DNA from: a virus
Lineage: Duplodnaviria > Caudoviricetes
Length of the DNA stretch: 26,157 bases
Reading direction: 5' to 3' (one strand)
IMG/VR virus record: IMGVR_UViG_3300017739_002784
Span: 1 to 26,157 of that record
Position numbers and translations under genes: made by a program. A model generated the notes under the pieces. It ran no database searches. It saw only the letters and a program-made list of their open reading frames with translations, and had not been told where the DNA came from. How positions within the stretch are numbered: position 1 is the stretch's first letter; every line of letters starts with the position of its first letter. Shown one piece after another: positions 24,311 to 26,157 of the stretch.

Positions 24311-25003
24311 TTAAACGAATCGACGTTGCAATGAGTTCAATATCTTTTGATATGCTGGAACAATATCACCTTCATCATTCCTAAACAAGTCTTTATCAAA
24401 TCTATCTCGATTGACTTTATCCCACAATCTCATTGAGTCTGGTGAAATTTCATCAGCTAGAAATAAATCACCATGATTATCAATACCAAACTCAATCTTA
24501 AAATCTACAAGATCATATCCCATCATGTTAAAGATGTTCAAAAGATATTCGTTTATCATTGATGCCTGTTCTACAAGAGGAGTAGGATCAATACCCATCA
24601 GTCTTACCCTATCCCTGGTAAGAAGAGGATCATGCTTTGAATCATCTTTCAAGAAAAACTCAACAATTGCAGGAATAATTGGTTGACCTTCAATGATAGT
24701 TGTAGTCCTAACAATGGAACCTGCTGCTCTATTTCTACAGATTACTTCCAAAGGGATAATATCAACTTTTTTACATAACATTTTATTAGGACCAATCTGC
24801 CTAATGTAGTGATTGCGAACACCAAGTTCCTGCAACTTTTCAAATAAAATTGATGCTATCTGGCAACATAAAGATCCTTTACCTACAGGATAGTCTTCTT
24901 TCTCACCATTTCCTGCAGTGACTTTATCGTGATATTCAATCAATACCTGATCAGCACTTTCTGTAGAATAAACAGTCTTTACTTTTCCTTCAATCAGTTT
25001 CAT
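24311..25003 (-). CDS. purC: SAICAR synthetase
   Basis: EGKVK, D.VTAGNG, IPLEVICRN.AAGS, KDDSKHDP, LVDFKIEFG, LADEISPDSMRLWD and DKDLFR motifs. Confidence 0.96.
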   Translation of the reverse strand: MKLIEGKVKTVYSTESADQVLIEYHDKVTAGNGEKEDYPVGKGSLCCQIASILFEKLQELGVRNHYIRQIGPNKMLCKKVDIIPLEVICRNRAAGSIVRTTTIIEGQPIIPAIVEFFLKDDSKHDPLLTRDRVRLMGIDPTPLVEQASMINEYLLNIFNMMGYDLVDFKIEFGIDNHGDLFLADEISPDSMRLWDKVNRDRFDKDLFRNDEGDIVPAYQKILNSLQRRFV

Positions 25004-25023
25004 ATCAATTAAATTAAATTGAA

Positions 25024-25097
25024 TCGGGGAGACAGGATTTGAACCTGCGACCTATGCTTCCCAAAAGCACCGCGCTACCAAACTGCGCTACACCCCG
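25024..25097 (-). tRNA. tRNA-Pro(TGG)
   Basis: CGGGGTGTAGCGCAGTTTGGTAGCGC...GTGCT-TTTGGGA-AGCAT...GGTTCAAATCC...TCCCCGA. Confidence 0.95.
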
Positions 25098-25100
25098 AAG

Positions 25101-25180
25101 TGGTAGTTCCTATCGCCGCTAACCCTGAACTACCAAGGGGGTCACCGCAGTTGAGAAGGGTGGGTGGTGTTCTTCTCAAC
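25101..25180 (-). ncRNA. Unassigned structured RNA (hairpin plus pseudoknot) 5' of tRNA-Pro
   Basis: GTTGAGAAG/CTTCTCAAC 9-bp stem, then a TGGTAGTTC/GAACTACCA 9-bp stem whose loop GGGTTA can pair with upstream TGACCC. Confidence 0.55.
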
Positions 25181-25186
25181 TTTCAA

Positions 25187-25215
25187 AGTATAGCACTATT
25201 TGTGGTGTTTGGCAA
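25187..25215 (-). promoter_or_regulatory. Sigma70-type promoter with extended -10
   Basis: TTGCCA, 17 nt, TATACT with TGn before the -10. Confidence 0.75.
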
Positions 25216-25357
25216 ATGGTTCCCAATGTTCCCATCCATATTTGTGAACTGCCCACATTCCAAGAATTGGAACAAATACCAGTGACCATCCCATAATTGC
25301 CATTGTCCACCAGGTGTTCAATACCCATGCAGAAAAGTGTGCTGCTGAATGAATCAT
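25196..25357 (-). CDS. Small Trp/His-rich membrane protein (53 aa)
   Basis: MIHSAAHFSAWVLNTWWTMAIMGWSLVFVPILGMWAVHKYGWEHWEPFAKHHK; ATGA coupling. Confidence 0.7.
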   Translation of the reverse strand: MIHSAAHFSAWVLNTWWTMAIMGWSLVFVPILGMWAVHKYGWEHWEPFAKHHK

Positions 25358-25437
25358 CCTCTATACCTCCCTGGCCATGTAAGTTGCATTCCTGCCATCA
25401 ATAATGTCATAAAAACAAATATGAATAATAAACTCAT
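25354..25437 (-). CDS. Very small membrane peptide (27 aa)
   Basis: MSLLFIFVFMTLLMAGMQLTWPGRYRG; ATGA-coupled on both sides. Confidence 0.6.
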   Translation of the reverse strand: MSLLFIFVFMTLLMAGMQLTWPGRYRG

Positions 25438-25568
25438 TGTTCCTCCAATTCACGAAGATATTCTATCCACCAATCAGGATCATGTTTCATTTTCCATTGA
25501 GGAACTGGTTGACCCTTCTCATCATAATATTCTTGAATTGCATTATCGATAATCTGTGCGATCTCCAT
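25434..25568 (-). CDS. Small hypothetical protein (44 aa)
   Basis: MEIAQIIDNAIQEYY..., preceded by a GGAG-rich RBS. Confidence 0.6.
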   Translation of the reverse strand: MEIAQIIDNAIQEYYDEKGQPVPQWKMKHDPDWWIEYLRELEEQ

Positions 25569-25749
25569 ACTCCTCTTCCTCCTCATCAACGTCTGCATAT
25601 GCATTCTCCACGAAGGGTCCTCTTTTTCTGGAAGGTTCTTTTCTGACATAACTTGATTCGGTGTTTACGGCAGATAACCACACAGCAAATTTCATTACTA
25701 TGTAGATAATGACTAGTGGAGACAGACATAACAATAGCGTAAAATTCAT
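25543..25749 (-). CDS. Small N-anchored membrane protein with acidic tail
   Basis: RBS AGGAG and a hydrophobic N-terminus. Confidence 0.7.
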   Translation of the reverse strand: MNFTLLLCLSPLVIIYIVMKFAVWLSAVNTESSYVRKEPSRKRGPFVENAYADVDEEEEEYGDRTDYR

Positions 25750-25904
25750 ATGTTTTCTCCTATGAATTGATCGGGTTCCTCATCATCATCATTCCACTCA
25801 GGTTCATATAAAGAACATGGTTCTTCAAACAAATGCTCCATTCTGAGTTGTTTGATACGCTCTCGAAGTCCTTTGTAGAACTCTCTCTTTTCGTCTGGTT
25901 TCAT
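25746..25904 (-). CDS. Small hypothetical protein (52 aa)
   Basis: MKPDEKREFYKGLRERIKQLRMEHLFEEPC...; ATGA coupling at both ends. Confidence 0.65.
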   Translation of the reverse strand: MKPDEKREFYKGLRERIKQLRMEHLFEEPCSLYEPEWNDDDEEPDQFIGENI

Positions 25905-26080
25905 TTAACGTTTTCTTGGAAGTACTCTGGTAGTGGGCATCCTTTGAAATCATTAATTTCGTCAACTGCCAAAACAAACATAGTTACAAACCCAAGGCAA
26001 AATGCAAATAACATTTGTGGGAAATTGTAATTACCCATGTTTGCAGTTGGATCAGGAGGATCATCATGAGGATGAATCAT
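25901..26080 (-). CDS. Small single-TM hypothetical protein (start may lie beyond the window)
   Basis: MIHPHDDPPDPTANMGNYNFPQMLFAFCLGFVTMFVLAVDE...; the frame is open to the window edge. Confidence 0.55.
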   Translation of the reverse strand: MIHPHDDPPDPTANMGNYNFPQMLFAFCLGFVTMFVLAVDEINDFKGCPLPEYFQENVK

Positions 26081-26157
26081 CTTTTCGATCTCTAATTGCC
26101 GCTTCGACTTGGCGTCTAACTCGGTCTCTTGCTTCTGGGTCTTCTGTTTCTTTTCTG

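Noticed and set aside
1-26157. Host cyanobacterial chromosome or prophage origin
   Set aside because: T4-type late promoters, dense micro-ORFs, a lone pstS and purC, and psbA/hli/tRNA juxtaposition point to a lytic cyanomyovirus. No integrase, IS or intron was seen.

Overview
26-kb segment of a T4-like marine cyanophage (cyanomyovirus, probably Synechococcus/Prochlorococcus-infecting; inferred from gene content). Almost everything is on the minus strand. From left to right: (1) the 5' end of psbA, with a pseudoknotted PhotoRC-II-type leader and back-to-back promoters; (2) the only plus-strand operon, three signal-peptide proteins, where gene 3 overlaps gene 2 by about 290 nt in the -1 frame and overlaps a convergent membrane-protein gene; (3) an envelope-type block with a thermonuclease, small TM proteins, an HExxH peptidase and a SleB-like hydrolase; (4) an hli cluster with an RpaB/HLR1-like site, pstS with a Pho box and a small outer-membrane beta-barrel; (5) an 18-gene, about 13.6-kb glycan-synthesis operon (GT25, two GT4-like, GT6, GT11, two SDR epimerases, two methyltransferases, and a PfkB/KdsC/nucleotidyltransferase-RpiB/cupin/phosphodiesterase module); (6) a wcaG-type RNA plus two related hairpin modules separated by small ORFs; (7) a 2OG-Fe(II) oxygenase, tRNA-CAT, tRNA-Ile(TAT), a Phd-like ORF, purC, tRNA-Pro preceded by a pseudoknotted leader RNA, and several small ORFs. 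All calls come from manual motif recognition; no database searches were run.
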